DNA from: Planctomycetia bacterium
GTDB lineage: Bacteria > Planctomycetota > Planctomycetia > Gemmatales > Gemmataceae
NCBI GenBank assembly: GCA_009918525.1
Contig: RGDT01000001.1
Span: 1-43,301, forward strand
DNA: 43,301 nucleotides
Direction of reading: 5' to 3'
In this document: positions 8,959 to 17,634 of the stretch, one piece after another
How the letters are laid out: every line of letters begins with the position of its first letter
Position numbering within the stretch: position 1 is the first letter of the stretch
Notes under the pieces: model-generated
Databases searched by the model: none
The model's input: only the letters and a program-made list of their open reading frames with translations
Told to the model about the DNA's origin: nothing
Translations under genes and position numbers: made by a program

Positions 8959-10930
8959 AGTGCGGGCTGATGAAGGAATGTGGTTGCTGAACGCCCCGCC
9001 GCGCGAAGTGCTGCAAAAGCGACATGGATTCGACCTTTCCGACGAATTCATCACACGAGCCATGAAAGGCAGTGTGCGGCTCAACAACGGCGGGTCCGGG
9101 GGATTTGTCTCCGCTGAAGGACTGATAGTCACGAATCACCACGTTGGCGCGGACCTGATTCAAAAAGTCAGTCCACCAGATCGCGACCTACTCCGCGAAG
9201 GTTTCCTGGCACGGACAAAAGAAGAGGAATTGAAGTGCCCTGACCTGGAAATCAACGTCCTACAAAAAATCATCGACGTCACTGGCGAGGTTCAAGCTGC
9301 TGTGAAGCCGGGCATGAGCGGCGTGGTAGCAGCAGCTGCCCGGCGTGCAGTGATTTCAAAAATCGAAAAGGAATCGCTGGAACGGACGAAATTGCGTAGC
9401 GATGTGGTAACGCTCTATCAAGGAGGTGTTTATCACCTTTATCTCTACAAAAAATATACCGATGTTCGGCTCGTCTTCGCCCCAGAGAAAGACATTGCGA
9501 GTTTTGGCGGCGACGTGGACAATTTTGAGTATCCCCGGTTCAATCTCGACGTCTCTTTCTTCCGAGCTTATGACGACGGAAAACCCGTTCGCCCCGATCA
9601 CTTTTTCCGCTGGAGCGAAACGGGACCAGCGGAGAATGACCTTGTCATTGTCACCGGCCATCCCGGTGTTACCAACCGGCTTGACACGCTCGCTCAACTG
9701 GAACACCGCCGCGATTTCACTTTGCCTTACCTTCTCGCACACGCTCGGCAGTTGGAGTCGTTGTTGATTCAATTCTCAGCCCGCGGCGCGGCTGAGGCAC
9801 GTATGGCGGCCAAGGATCTCGCAAGGATTGCCAATCGTCGTAAGGTGTACGCGGGACAATATGCCGCTCTACTCGACCCGAAGATTCTGGCAGGCAAGGA
9901 TAAGGACGAAAAGGCGTTTATCGAGAAATCAAGGGACGCTGAGCCATGGAAGCGGATCGCCGCAGCGATGAAGACCTACACGCCGCTGGAAAAACGCTAT
10001 GCGTTACTGGAACGCGGAGATGCCTTCGAGAGCGAGCTTTTTGTCATCGCACGGCACTTAGTGCGGATGAGAGACGAACTCGCGAAGAAAAACGAGGTTC
10101 GTCTACCAGAGTATAGCGACGCCCGCCTCGCTTCCCTCAGGTTACGGCTCTTTTCACCGGCTCCATTACATCCCGAACTGGAGCGAGTTAAACTCGCCGG
10201 ATCGCTGACTTTTCTCGCCGAGCATTTAGGCGTCGGTGGTCTGGTGGGCCGGATTCTCGACGGTAAATCACCGGCCGATCGTGCAGCGGAGTTAATCGGC
10301 GGCACGAAACTCGTGGATGTGGCCCCGCGGCAAAAACTGGCCGAGGCCGGCGAAGACCCACTAATGGCGTTGGCTCGACTCATAGACACGGAGGCTCGCG
10401 AAGTTCGCAAGCAGTTCGAGGAACAGGTCGAGGAGACAATCAAACAGGCCCAAACGACGATTGCTGCCAAACGCTTCGCGGTGTACGGCACAAGTATCGC
10501 CCCAGATGCCACGTTTACGCTGCGGTTGGCGTTTGGCACGGTCAAGGGGTATGACGTGGATGGCCTAACTTTGCCTTACACAACGAATCTTGACGGGGCG
10601 TTCGCCAAGGCGGAAAAACTGGCGTTTCGCGAGCCATTCGATTTACCCAAGCGGTGGAAAGAAGGTAAGACGAAGCTCAGCCTCGATACGCCGTTTAATT
10701 TTGCCTCGACCAGTGACACCATCAACGGCAATAGCGGTTCTCCGGTGCTGAACCGTGCGGGAGAGTTGGTGGGCGTTAATTTTGACCGCAATCGACATGG
10801 GCTAGTGCGGAATTTCGTGTACACCGACGTGCAGGCACGCCATATCAGCGTTCATTCGCTGTCGGTACTGGAGTCATTGCGCAAACTATATGATGCTCAC
10901 GCCTTAGCGAAGGAGCTTGTCGGCAAGTGA
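8912..10930 (+). CDS. S46-family serine peptidase (dipeptidyl-peptidase 7/11-like)
   Basis: Signal peptide followed by the hallmark ADEGMWL. Catalytic His in VTNHHV and catalytic Ser in INGNSGSPV. GGAGG lies upstream of ATG 8912, and the gene overlaps the transporter 3' end by 47 nt. Confidence 0.85.
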   Translation: MKRIGFLVVMILGGVEVRADEGMWLLNAPPREVLQKRHGFDLSDEFITRAMKGSVRLNNGGSGGFVSAEGLIVTNHHVGADLIQKVSPPDRDLLREGFLARTKEEELKCPDLEINVLQKIIDVTGEVQAAVKPGMSGVVAAAARRAVISKIEKESLERTKLRSDVVTLYQGGVYHLYLYKKYTDVRLVFAPEKDIASFGGDVDNFEYPRFNLDVSFFRAYDDGKPVRPDHFFRWSETGPAENDLVIVTGHPGVTNRLDTLAQLEHRRDFTLPYLLAHARQLESLLIQFSARGAAEARMAAKDLARIANRRKVYAGQYAALLDPKILAGKDKDEKAFIEKSRDAEPWKRIAAAMKTYTPLEKRYALLERGDAFESELFVIARHLVRMRDELAKKNEVRLPEYSDARLASLRLRLFSPAPLHPELERVKLAGSLTFLAEHLGVGGLVGRILDGKSPADRAAELIGGTKLVDVAPRQKLAEAGEDPLMALARLIDTEAREVRKQFEEQVEETIKQAQTTIAAKRFAVYGTSIAPDATFTLRLAFGTVKGYDVDGLTLPYTTNLDGAFAKAEKLAFREPFDLPKRWKEGKTKLSLDTPFNFASTSDTINGNSGSPVLNRAGELVGVNFDRNRHGLVRNFVYTDVQARHISVHSLSVLESLRKLYDAHALAKELVGK

Positions 10931-10938
10931 GCGAGATG

Positions 10939-11193
10939 TCAAAAACGCGGTTTGGGTTTTTCCCAGGCCGCGTCGTATTCGATGCTAAATAACTGCTGCA
11001 CCCGTTCGGCTCGTCCGCCAGATTCGTCTTGAAGGATTTCCAGTGCCTGACGAATTTTTTCCAGCCGTGGATCGTTATCAACCTGGCCTGCTCCGCGACC
11101 GATGCGGTCGAGGATTGCGGCCAGGTCGAGGATTTTACAACGAGTTTCCAAAAAGAAGGTGTCAAGGGCGGTCTTGGCGGTCAAGGGCTTCAT
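10939..11193 (-). CDS. Small hypothetical protein (84 aa, helical, one Cys), translationally coupled to larE
   Basis: Its ATG overlaps the larE stop (4-nt overlap). No motif that I recognise. Confidence 0.55.
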   Translation of the reverse strand: MKPLTAKTALDTFFLETRCKILDLAAILDRIGRGAGQVDNDPRLEKIRQALEILQDESGGRAERVQQLFSIEYDAAWEKPKPRF

Positions 11194-12038
11194 GGTCGCG
11201 TCTCGTAAGCTTGCTTTAGCGTTAAGGGGATCAACTCGTTCATGCTGCCGCTGCGGAATCCTTCCAGATCAATCGTAATAAACTTAAAACCTAATTGACG
11301 AAATTGCTTGACTAATGCATCGCGAATAGGGGGGGAGGCTAGTCTGAGGATTTCGCCGCTGGGAACTTCGATACGGGCTAGTTCGCCTTCGTGTAATCGG
11401 ACACGGCACTCTCGTAAGCCTAGCGTTCGTAGGTACGCTTCAGCGGATTCGATCCGTCCCGTGCGTTCCACCGTCACCGCCACACCTGGCGCGAGTCTAC
11501 TCGAGAGGCAGGGCGATGCCGGTTTATCCCACGTCGGTAAATCCCAGGCTTGTGCCAGTGCTCGCACATCGGCCTTGGTAAATCCTGCTTCCTGAAGCGG
11601 ATGCCGTACCCCGTGTTCTGCCGCTGCTTTCAGCCCCGGACGATAGTCCCCGGCATCATCCAGATTCGCCCCGCTACATATAGTGGTCACACCCAGGCGC
11701 GGTAACAGAATCTCGACACGCGAATAAAGTTCGTCTTTGCAGTGGTAACATCTGCTACCATCATTCCGGCGGTAATCGGGGTCCTCAAATTCGTTGGTAG
11801 CGACCACTTCGTGCCGAATCCCTATCATTGACGCTAATCGCCGTGCGTCATCCAATTCCGTTCGAGCGACACTAGGACTATCAGCAGTCACGGCTACGGC
11901 GAGCAGGCCGAGCGCCTCATGAGCGGCACGGGCAACCACTGTCGAGTCGATTCCACCAGACAATGCGACGGCACAAGGTCCTATCTCGTGAAGGACGCTA
12001 AGAAGGCGATCGCGTTTAGCGGTCAGCTCGGCATTCAT
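11190..12038 (-). CDS. larE: LarE-family PP-loop ATP-utilising sulfur transferase (NPN cofactor biosynthesis family, TIGR00268-like)
   Basis: PP-loop AVALSGGIDSTVVA, RCYHCKDELY (CxxC) and the LarE active-site-type SPCLSSR. Size is 282 aa. Confidence 0.8.
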   Translation of the reverse strand: MNAELTAKRDRLLSVLHEIGPCAVALSGGIDSTVVARAAHEALGLLAVAVTADSPSVARTELDDARRLASMIGIRHEVVATNEFEDPDYRRNDGSRCYHCKDELYSRVEILLPRLGVTTICSGANLDDAGDYRPGLKAAAEHGVRHPLQEAGFTKADVRALAQAWDLPTWDKPASPCLSSRLAPGVAVTVERTGRIESAEAYLRTLGLRECRVRLHEGELARIEVPSGEILRLASPPIRDALVKQFRQLGFKFITIDLEGFRSGSMNELIPLTLKQAYETRP

Positions 12039-12044
12039 TTTTTT

Positions 12045-12072
12045 ATTCTAGCATTTGCGTCTTCGCGCTCAA
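12045..12072 (-). promoter_or_regulatory. Sigma70-type promoter candidate positioned for a leaderless larE transcript
   Basis: On the minus strand: TTGAGC (12072-12067), 16-nt spacer, TAGAAT (12050-12045), AAAAAA, then ATG at 12038. There is no Shine-Dalgarno sequence. Confidence 0.4.
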
Positions 12073-12144
12073 GTCATCGATTCAGGGAAGAAGCATCAAA
12101 CTGGGTCGTTAACATAACCCCGCTCGCCCACAGTATCGAAACCC

Positions 12145-13563
12145 TTAACCCCGTCCGGTCAACTGCTTTTCTGGTGGTTGTTTGGTGTGATGGTCCGTCG
12201 TTTTTTGATAGGCTGCTGCGATCGCTATCAATTCTGCTTCTGTCCAGGCTGGGCCGGTCAGTTGCATACTGGTTGGTAGATCGGTTTTACTGAAGCCTGT
12301 TGGTAGACAAATTGCCGGTAGGCCGACTAGATTTGTCGCGGTGATCATCAAGCCGACGGCAGCCCCACCGTACCGTCCCCATTCAAACGGACCGATGGCA
12401 TTCATCGGCAATTCTGAGCGACCCGGGGCGATAATGGCATCGAATCCCGCATACGCGGCGTTGAGCGCCTTACGCAACCGAGTTCGGGCACGCATTGCAT
12501 CAAGGTATTCAGTAGCAGGCAAAGTCAGGGCCGCGTAGCCTCCCAGACGCATCGACTTGGAGCGTAGCTTTTTTGCTTCACCCGACTCGAATAGTTCGCG
12601 GAAAACGGTGGCCCCTTCGCCACGAAGTATGGTCCCCAGCACCTGACCAAAGGGCAAGGCGGGTAGTTTGACGCCTTTGACAACGGTCGCGATTTTCGTC
12701 AATTCGTTGACGGCGGCGTCGAAATTAGCTTTCACTGCTGGATCAACGCCGTTCGTCGCGCCTTCAACGACGCCTATTTTCCATTTCTTGCTTTCACTGG
12801 GCCAGCTAAATTTTTTCCGAGATGTGGAATCGTCAGCGGCATCGCGACCGGCAATCGCGGCTAGCACCAATCCGCAACAATCGGCCGTGTGAGCCATCGG
12901 TCCGAGTTTGTCCAGCGTCCAACAAAGCGGCATCGCTCCAGAGCGACTGACTCGGCCGTAGGTTGGCCGTAATCCTGTAAGAGCGCAGTAGGACGCCGGT
13001 GTGATAATGCTTCCGCTTGTTTCGGAGCCGATGGCAAATGCGACGAGACCAGCGGCGACGGCTGCACCGGACCCGGACGAAGAACCACCAGCCCAACGAT
13101 CTAACCCCCAAGGGGTTTTGCACGGGCCAGTGAACGAGGCGTCCGCTGCTTCGTAGCCAAAGCTTCCGGCAAGCTCAACCATCGCCAACTTTGCGATGAG
13201 CACCGCTCCGGCATCGCGTAGCTTGCGGATCACTGTGGCGTCAAAGTCAATCGTTTGCTCTTTGAACGGTTCCGCCCCCCAAGTCGTTGGTGCGCCTTTG
13301 ACTGCCAGCAAATCTTTCGCGCCGTAAGGAATCCCGTGCAGGGAGCCGCGATATTTGCCCGCAGCAATTTCGTCGTCGGCTTTTTTCGCTTCGCTCAGGG
13401 CTGCATCACGTCGCACGCTGACGACGGCGTTGAGTTTCGGCCCGACTTTTTCAAGTCGGTCAAGATACGCAGTTGTTAGTTCGACCGAGGTGATTTTTTT
13501 CTCTTTCAACAATCCAGCGAGCGTTCGCAGCGGGGCATACAGCGTTTGAAGCGGCACGGCCAT
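12145..13563 (-). CDS. Amidase-signature family amidase (GatA/AtzE-like)
   Basis: Classic AS motif GGSSSGSGAAVAAGLVAFAIGSETSGSIITPASYCALTGLRPTYGRVSRSG. It has no N-terminal signal peptide. GGAGG lies upstream of the ATG. Confidence 0.9.
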   Translation of the reverse strand: MAVPLQTLYAPLRTLAGLLKEKKITSVELTTAYLDRLEKVGPKLNAVVSVRRDAALSEAKKADDEIAAGKYRGSLHGIPYGAKDLLAVKGAPTTWGAEPFKEQTIDFDATVIRKLRDAGAVLIAKLAMVELAGSFGYEAADASFTGPCKTPWGLDRWAGGSSSGSGAAVAAGLVAFAIGSETSGSIITPASYCALTGLRPTYGRVSRSGAMPLCWTLDKLGPMAHTADCCGLVLAAIAGRDAADDSTSRKKFSWPSESKKWKIGVVEGATNGVDPAVKANFDAAVNELTKIATVVKGVKLPALPFGQVLGTILRGEGATVFRELFESGEAKKLRSKSMRLGGYAALTLPATEYLDAMRARTRLRKALNAAYAGFDAIIAPGRSELPMNAIGPFEWGRYGGAAVGLMITATNLVGLPAICLPTGFSKTDLPTSMQLTGPAWTEAELIAIAAAYQKTTDHHTKQPPEKQLTGRG

Positions 13564-13566
13564 GAT

Positions 13567-13836
13567 TCACTCCTCCGGAGCGGGGGGGTAGACGAAAGCC
13601 GGTTCGTCGCGCCAGTCGAGTTTTACGCTACGCGATATGGCACCCAACGTGTTTAACGCCAAACGCGCACTGAGCGCTTTACGGTCAGCCTCGTCCAGAT
13701 GCTTACCGCAACGAGCAATCAGCGAATCGAGTGCGGCCCCCGTCATCGTTGGGCTTGTCGCTTCGTCGGCTAAAGCCGGGCCGACCAGACCCAAAGCCGC
13801 TAGGGCGGCAAATTCACGACGATCCATGGCGGACAT
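13567..13836 (-). CDS. Small Tat-signal protein, GatC/AtzG-like (DUF4089-like) putative amidase partner
   Basis: Twin-arginine signal MSAMDRREFAALAALGLVGPALA. The mature part has a GatC/AtzG-like pattern (LDEADRKALSARL...LDWRDEPAFVYPP). It ends 3 nt upstream of the amidase, and GGAGG lies 10 nt upstream of its ATG. Confidence 0.6.
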   Translation of the reverse strand: MSAMDRREFAALAALGLVGPALADEATSPTMTGAALDSLIARCGKHLDEADRKALSARLALNTLGAISRSVKLDWRDEPAFVYPPAPEE

Positions 13837-14031
13837 GAGGAATTATCCTCCAGAATGAACCAAGAAAAGCAGGATTAGCACTTTGCGTTCTTTTTGCTCA
13901 TTCTCACTCGCAAAGGGGTGAAAATAAGGTAGCGGGAGAAGGAAATCTATCAGTAGGAGAGAGAGCCTAGCGACACAGGGGAAGGGGGGATTCCCAGACT
14001 TCCCCCCCGAAATCGCAACGGTAGAAACCGA

Positions 14032-14607
14032 TCAATCCTTTTCCGGCTTCAGCGGGATCGTCCACAGATAAACGTCATATTCGCGGTCTTCCTTGGTCTT
14101 TATGACTTTCTTCTCGTCGGGTTTGTAGCCTCGCATGTCGAAGGCGTGCGAGACAATTCGCGAGCCGGGCTTGAGTTTATTCAGCTGGGGAACCAGCTTC
14201 ACGTTCAGGTCAGGTAGCAGATACAGAGTTACGACGCTGGCTTCGCTCAGGTCTTGCTTGAAAATATCCTTTCGCTCGAACTTCACCAAGTCTTGTACTT
14301 CCTTCTTTTCCTTCTTGAAGTTCGCTTCGCAGTCCTTGATTCGCTCCGGGTCGATGTCGAAGCCCTTGGCCTTGACACCATACTTACGGGCGGCCGTCAA
14401 CACGATACGACCATCGCCACAGCCCAGATCGTAAACGACGTCGCCCTTCTTCACCTTCGCTAGTTCAAGCATTTTTTCCACGACCTCTTGCGGGGTCGGG
14501 ACGAAGATAACGTCCGGCTCTTTCTTTTCGTCGTCAGCCGCGAAGGCCGCGAAAGTCGCGAGTCCGGCCAGCATGAGAGCCAGCGACAGTTTCCAAACAT
14601 TACGCAT
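14032..14607 (-). CDS. Class I SAM-dependent methyltransferase with N-terminal signal peptide
   Basis: SAM motif I VVYDLGCGDGRIVL. Signal peptide MRNVWKLSLALMLAGLATFAAFA. ATG 14607 is preferred because GGAGG lies 10 nt upstream, whereas the track start at 14643 sits inside a 9-bp hairpin. Confidence 0.75.
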   Translation of the reverse strand: MRNVWKLSLALMLAGLATFAAFAADDEKKEPDVIFVPTPQEVVEKMLELAKVKKGDVVYDLGCGDGRIVLTAARKYGVKAKGFDIDPERIKDCEANFKKEKKEVQDLVKFERKDIFKQDLSEASVVTLYLLPDLNVKLVPQLNKLKPGSRIVSHAFDMRGYKPDEKKVIKTKEDREYDVYLWTIPLKPEKD

Positions 14608-14641
14608 GGGGTGCATACCTCCTCGTGGCTTCGATTCTTTC

Positions 14642-14664
14642 ATCCGTCAGCGCCTCTGACGGAT
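14642..14664 (-). terminator. Perfect 9-bp hairpin between the permease and methyltransferase genes
   Basis: ATCCGTCAG-AGGCG-CTGACGGAT on the minus strand, starting 13 nt after the permease stop. There is no U-tract, so it could be a terminator, attenuator or RNA-stability element. Confidence 0.35.
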
Positions 14665-14677
14665 AGGGAGAATCGAT

Positions 14678-16318
14678 TCAGATGGATTCCGTGGTCTTCG
14701 CGTCGCCCAATTTTTGCGACAGATGGTAGAGTGGCAATCCGATCAGCAGTGGCAAGACGCCGAGCAGGACCAATCCACCTTTCCAGTCGCGGACCAAGGC
14801 ATAAGCGATGCTCGAATACAACATATAGCCGCACGTCACGCAGAAGATGAGCGGGAGCGTCGGATAAAACGGTACCTTGAACGGTCTTTCCAAGTGTGTA
14901 TCGCGTTCGCGCAGCACGAATAACGAAACACCAGTGAGTAGGAAGAAGCCCCAAAAAATCGGCGCGGTGCAGGTCAACAGCGTGTCGAATCCGCCCTTGG
15001 CCAAGTCCGTCGCTTTTTCACCGGCCCCCGTATCCAGAGCGGCCTTCCATGAGTCTTCCCACTCCATCGGCTTGAGAAAATAGCCGGATTTGCTTTTCAT
15101 CACGATGTCCTGACCGGCGGCGTCCTTGACCTTCTTCTCTTCGGTTGTGGTCGCTGTTTGTTCTAACAAGAAATTGATACTGTCGCGGCCAGGCTTGGTG
15201 CCAACCAGGAAAACTAAGGCGAGCGCCAAGACACCTTGGGTGAGAAGGGCTGGGACTGGTGCCCCATTGCCAACCGACCAACCGCCCATCCACGACAGCA
15301 CGCGATAATCTTGTCCGATCTTGGCATACACTCGTGCTCCCGTGAAGATCAACCCATTGACTGCTCCTAATGCCGACACCATAACCAGGACGCACATCAA
15401 CGCGACACCGCCTTTTCCAAAGCCGCGATTCAGAACGTCGGCTGCAATTTGGGACGAGGATTGTGCCCCACGATAACCCAACGCATTGATATAGGCGTAA
15501 TTCACCAGTAAGTACAGGATCGTTATCAAAAGAATACCCAAGACGAGTGCCATCGTGATATTTTTCTTCCCGTCCTTGACCTCGGCGGCGACGAACGCTG
15601 CATCGTTCCACCCACCATAGGTGTAAAGAATCAAGACCAACGCGACGCCGAGAGATGCCTCGAATCCGGGGAAAGTTAGCTTGCGAAGATCGTCCAGCGA
15701 AAGCGATGATTCCCCCCAGGCACCATCCATCGGAGCCATGAACCCGGCGATAATGATGGCACTGAGGCCAATAATTTTAGCCACAGTTAGTACATTTTGA
15801 ACGATTTTTCCGAACAAAACGCCGAGAATGTTCGTGAGAGTCAACAGCAGGATGGCCCCGCCTGCAAATGCGAACGCAGAAAAAATGCCCAACTCCACAC
15901 CAGCAGCATCTTTAGCGAAGCGGATAGCGTAATTGGCGAACACAAATGCCATCATTCCGATGGATCCGGTCAGGATGACGGTTAGTTGGACCCAGCCAAA
16001 CAGGAACCCACACCATCGGCCAAACGCACGATTGAGGTAAACAATATCGCCACCGTCTCGCGGATAGGTCGTGGCTAGTTCGGCGTAACACAACGCACCG
16101 ATAAACGACAGTGCACCGGCCATGCCCCAAGTCCACAAGGCCAGCTGTGGCGAAGCAACGTGCTTGAAAATGAATGGGGCCGTCTGGTAGATGCCAGCGC
16201 CTACGACGATGCCGACAATAATGCTTACTGCATCCCACAACCCTAATGCAGCTGGAGCCGGCGTTCCCGTGCCGGACGCTGTTGGGGGCATAGCTGAATT
16301 TTCGACGAACTGGCTCAT
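14678..16318 (-). CDS. APC-superfamily amino acid permease
   Basis: About 12 hydrophobic segments and an APC-like N-terminal region (GIVVGAGIYQTAPFI). A hydrophilic insertion of roughly 75 aa lies before the last two helices. Confidence 0.85.
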   Translation of the reverse strand: MSQFVENSAMPPTASGTGTPAPAALGLWDAVSIIVGIVVGAGIYQTAPFIFKHVASPQLALWTWGMAGALSFIGALCYAELATTYPRDGGDIVYLNRAFGRWCGFLFGWVQLTVILTGSIGMMAFVFANYAIRFAKDAAGVELGIFSAFAFAGGAILLLTLTNILGVLFGKIVQNVLTVAKIIGLSAIIIAGFMAPMDGAWGESSLSLDDLRKLTFPGFEASLGVALVLILYTYGGWNDAAFVAAEVKDGKKNITMALVLGILLITILYLLVNYAYINALGYRGAQSSSQIAADVLNRGFGKGGVALMCVLVMVSALGAVNGLIFTGARVYAKIGQDYRVLSWMGGWSVGNGAPVPALLTQGVLALALVFLVGTKPGRDSINFLLEQTATTTEEKKVKDAAGQDIVMKSKSGYFLKPMEWEDSWKAALDTGAGEKATDLAKGGFDTLLTCTAPIFWGFFLLTGVSLFVLRERDTHLERPFKVPFYPTLPLIFCVTCGYMLYSSIAYALVRDWKGGLVLLGVLPLLIGLPLYHLSQKLGDAKTTESI

Positions 16319-16505
16319 GACGGCTCCGCTACTGGTCTGTGTACTAATGACAGATTATCGAACCAGGATATTCGATTCGACAAGGGGGCAAGCGAACTTT
16401 TGGTCGCAAAAGTGCCAGAATCGAGCGCGGACGACCTCAGCCAAGTGCGGATGTGGCCATTTCGCCTCAGCACTTCGGTCACTGCCGGCAACGCTACCAC
16501 CTCCG

Positions 16506-17522
16506 TCATGATTTATGTGCCAGGATCGCGTCCAGAGGTACCGTCGTGCGTTTGGCCTGAATGCGTGTGAATCCGTGGGGACGAAGTAACGCCTCGTATT
16601 CGCCCAGGCTCCGCTCTTTACCTTCGGCACACACGAGCATGTTCAGCGACTGCAGTTGCGCCCACGATGGACCAGTGCGGTCCTCGGTCAGTAGTTTTTC
16701 GCCGATGAGCAAGGCTCCGCCCGATGGTAACGCCGCCGCAATTTTTGTCAGCAATGTGTGAATTCGCTCCTCACCCCAGTCGTGCAAAATGCGTCCGACT
16801 GCATAGAGGTCTCCAGGCGGTAGCGGCTCGGTAAAAAAGTCGTTTACCACCACTTCAACGCGAGGTGCAACATCGGCTTCAAGGGCGATCATTTCACGTG
16901 CCATTGGCACTGCGGCTGGCAAATCGGAAACGGTCGCTCGCAAATCCGGCCAGCGTCGGCAGCAAGCTACCGCCAGGTGTCCCGTCGCTCCGCCGAGGTC
17001 CACCATATGGCGAAAACCTGATAGGTCGAACGCGGCTGCAATGTGAGGGGAACTGATCTGACCGAATCCGTGCATTCCCATGAGAAATTCGCGGCGGTCG
17101 TCGTCGCTACGGAAGAAATTCGCAAACAGGGGACCATCAAGGCCAAATGTCTGTTTCCAGCGGTTGCTCCCTTCGCGTACAGCATCGGATAGATTTCCCC
17201 ACATGGGCCACAAGGCGCGAAGGGAGTAGAGGATGTAGCCCGTCATGCGTCGCGGACTGGAGCGCGTTAAATAAGTGCGCGACAAGTCGGTCAGGGCATA
17301 ATCCGGGCCAGGAATCAGCAGTCCAAGTCCAGCGCAGGTGTCAAGAAGACGGCCTAGTGCATCGGGATTGCACGACAAATCACGTGCCAAAGTTTCCAGA
17401 TCCGCAGGACCGCGTTCTAGTCGGTCGAACACGCCCAGGTTCACAGAGGCGAACATCACGGCGGACTGGCGAAACCCGCTGAGCAGGTCGATGACCGGGG
17501 TTGGATCGGGTGGCGTGGACAT
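16506..17522 (-). CDS. O-methyltransferase (Methyltransf_2 / ASMT-like, with N-terminal dimerisation domain)
   Basis: HMVDLGGATGHLAVA (SAM motif), DLYAVGRILHDWGEE, and a winged-helix dimerisation-type N-terminus. ATG 17522 has GGAG 10 nt upstream. Confidence 0.8.
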   Translation of the reverse strand: MSTPPDPTPVIDLLSGFRQSAVMFASVNLGVFDRLERGPADLETLARDLSCNPDALGRLLDTCAGLGLLIPGPDYALTDLSRTYLTRSSPRRMTGYILYSLRALWPMWGNLSDAVREGSNRWKQTFGLDGPLFANFFRSDDDRREFLMGMHGFGQISSPHIAAAFDLSGFRHMVDLGGATGHLAVACCRRWPDLRATVSDLPAAVPMAREMIALEADVAPRVEVVVNDFFTEPLPPGDLYAVGRILHDWGEERIHTLLTKIAAALPSGGALLIGEKLLTEDRTGPSWAQLQSLNMLVCAEGKERSLGEYEALLRPHGFTRIQAKRTTVPLDAILAHKS

Positions 17523-17572
17523 TGAATCATCTCCGTAAACCATTAGCGATAAACGTAGAGGATAAGTCGCGC

Positions 17573-17601
17573 TTGACAACGCCCCCTCCCAACGGCATAA
17601 A
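17573..17601 (+). promoter_or_regulatory. Sigma70-type promoter candidate for the lipoprotein gene at 17635
   Basis: Perfect TTGACA (17573-17578), 17-nt spacer, CATAAA (17596-17601). It lies 34 nt upstream of the GTG start. Confidence 0.4.
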
Positions 17602-17634
17602 ACCAACCACTCGAACGAGCCGGGGGGAAGTGCC

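Noticed and set aside
15018-15611. 197-aa alternative-frame ORF inside the permease gene, plus similar ones at 31433..31987, 39130..39642, 9997..10545, 23770..24258, 32592..33077 and 35547..36008
   Set aside because: All are embedded in, or antisense to, genes with strong family motifs. Their translations are Arg/Gly/Ser-rich, as expected from off-frame reading of GC-rich codons.
16396-16420. TGGCAC...TTTGC on the minus strand upstream of the permease, considered as a sigma54 -24/-12 promoter
   Set aside because: The GG and GC elements are 3 nt too close (TGGCACTTTTGC versus TGGCAC-N5-TTGC). The sequence is better described as the 7-bp inverted repeat ACTTTTG-GTCG-CAAAAGT.
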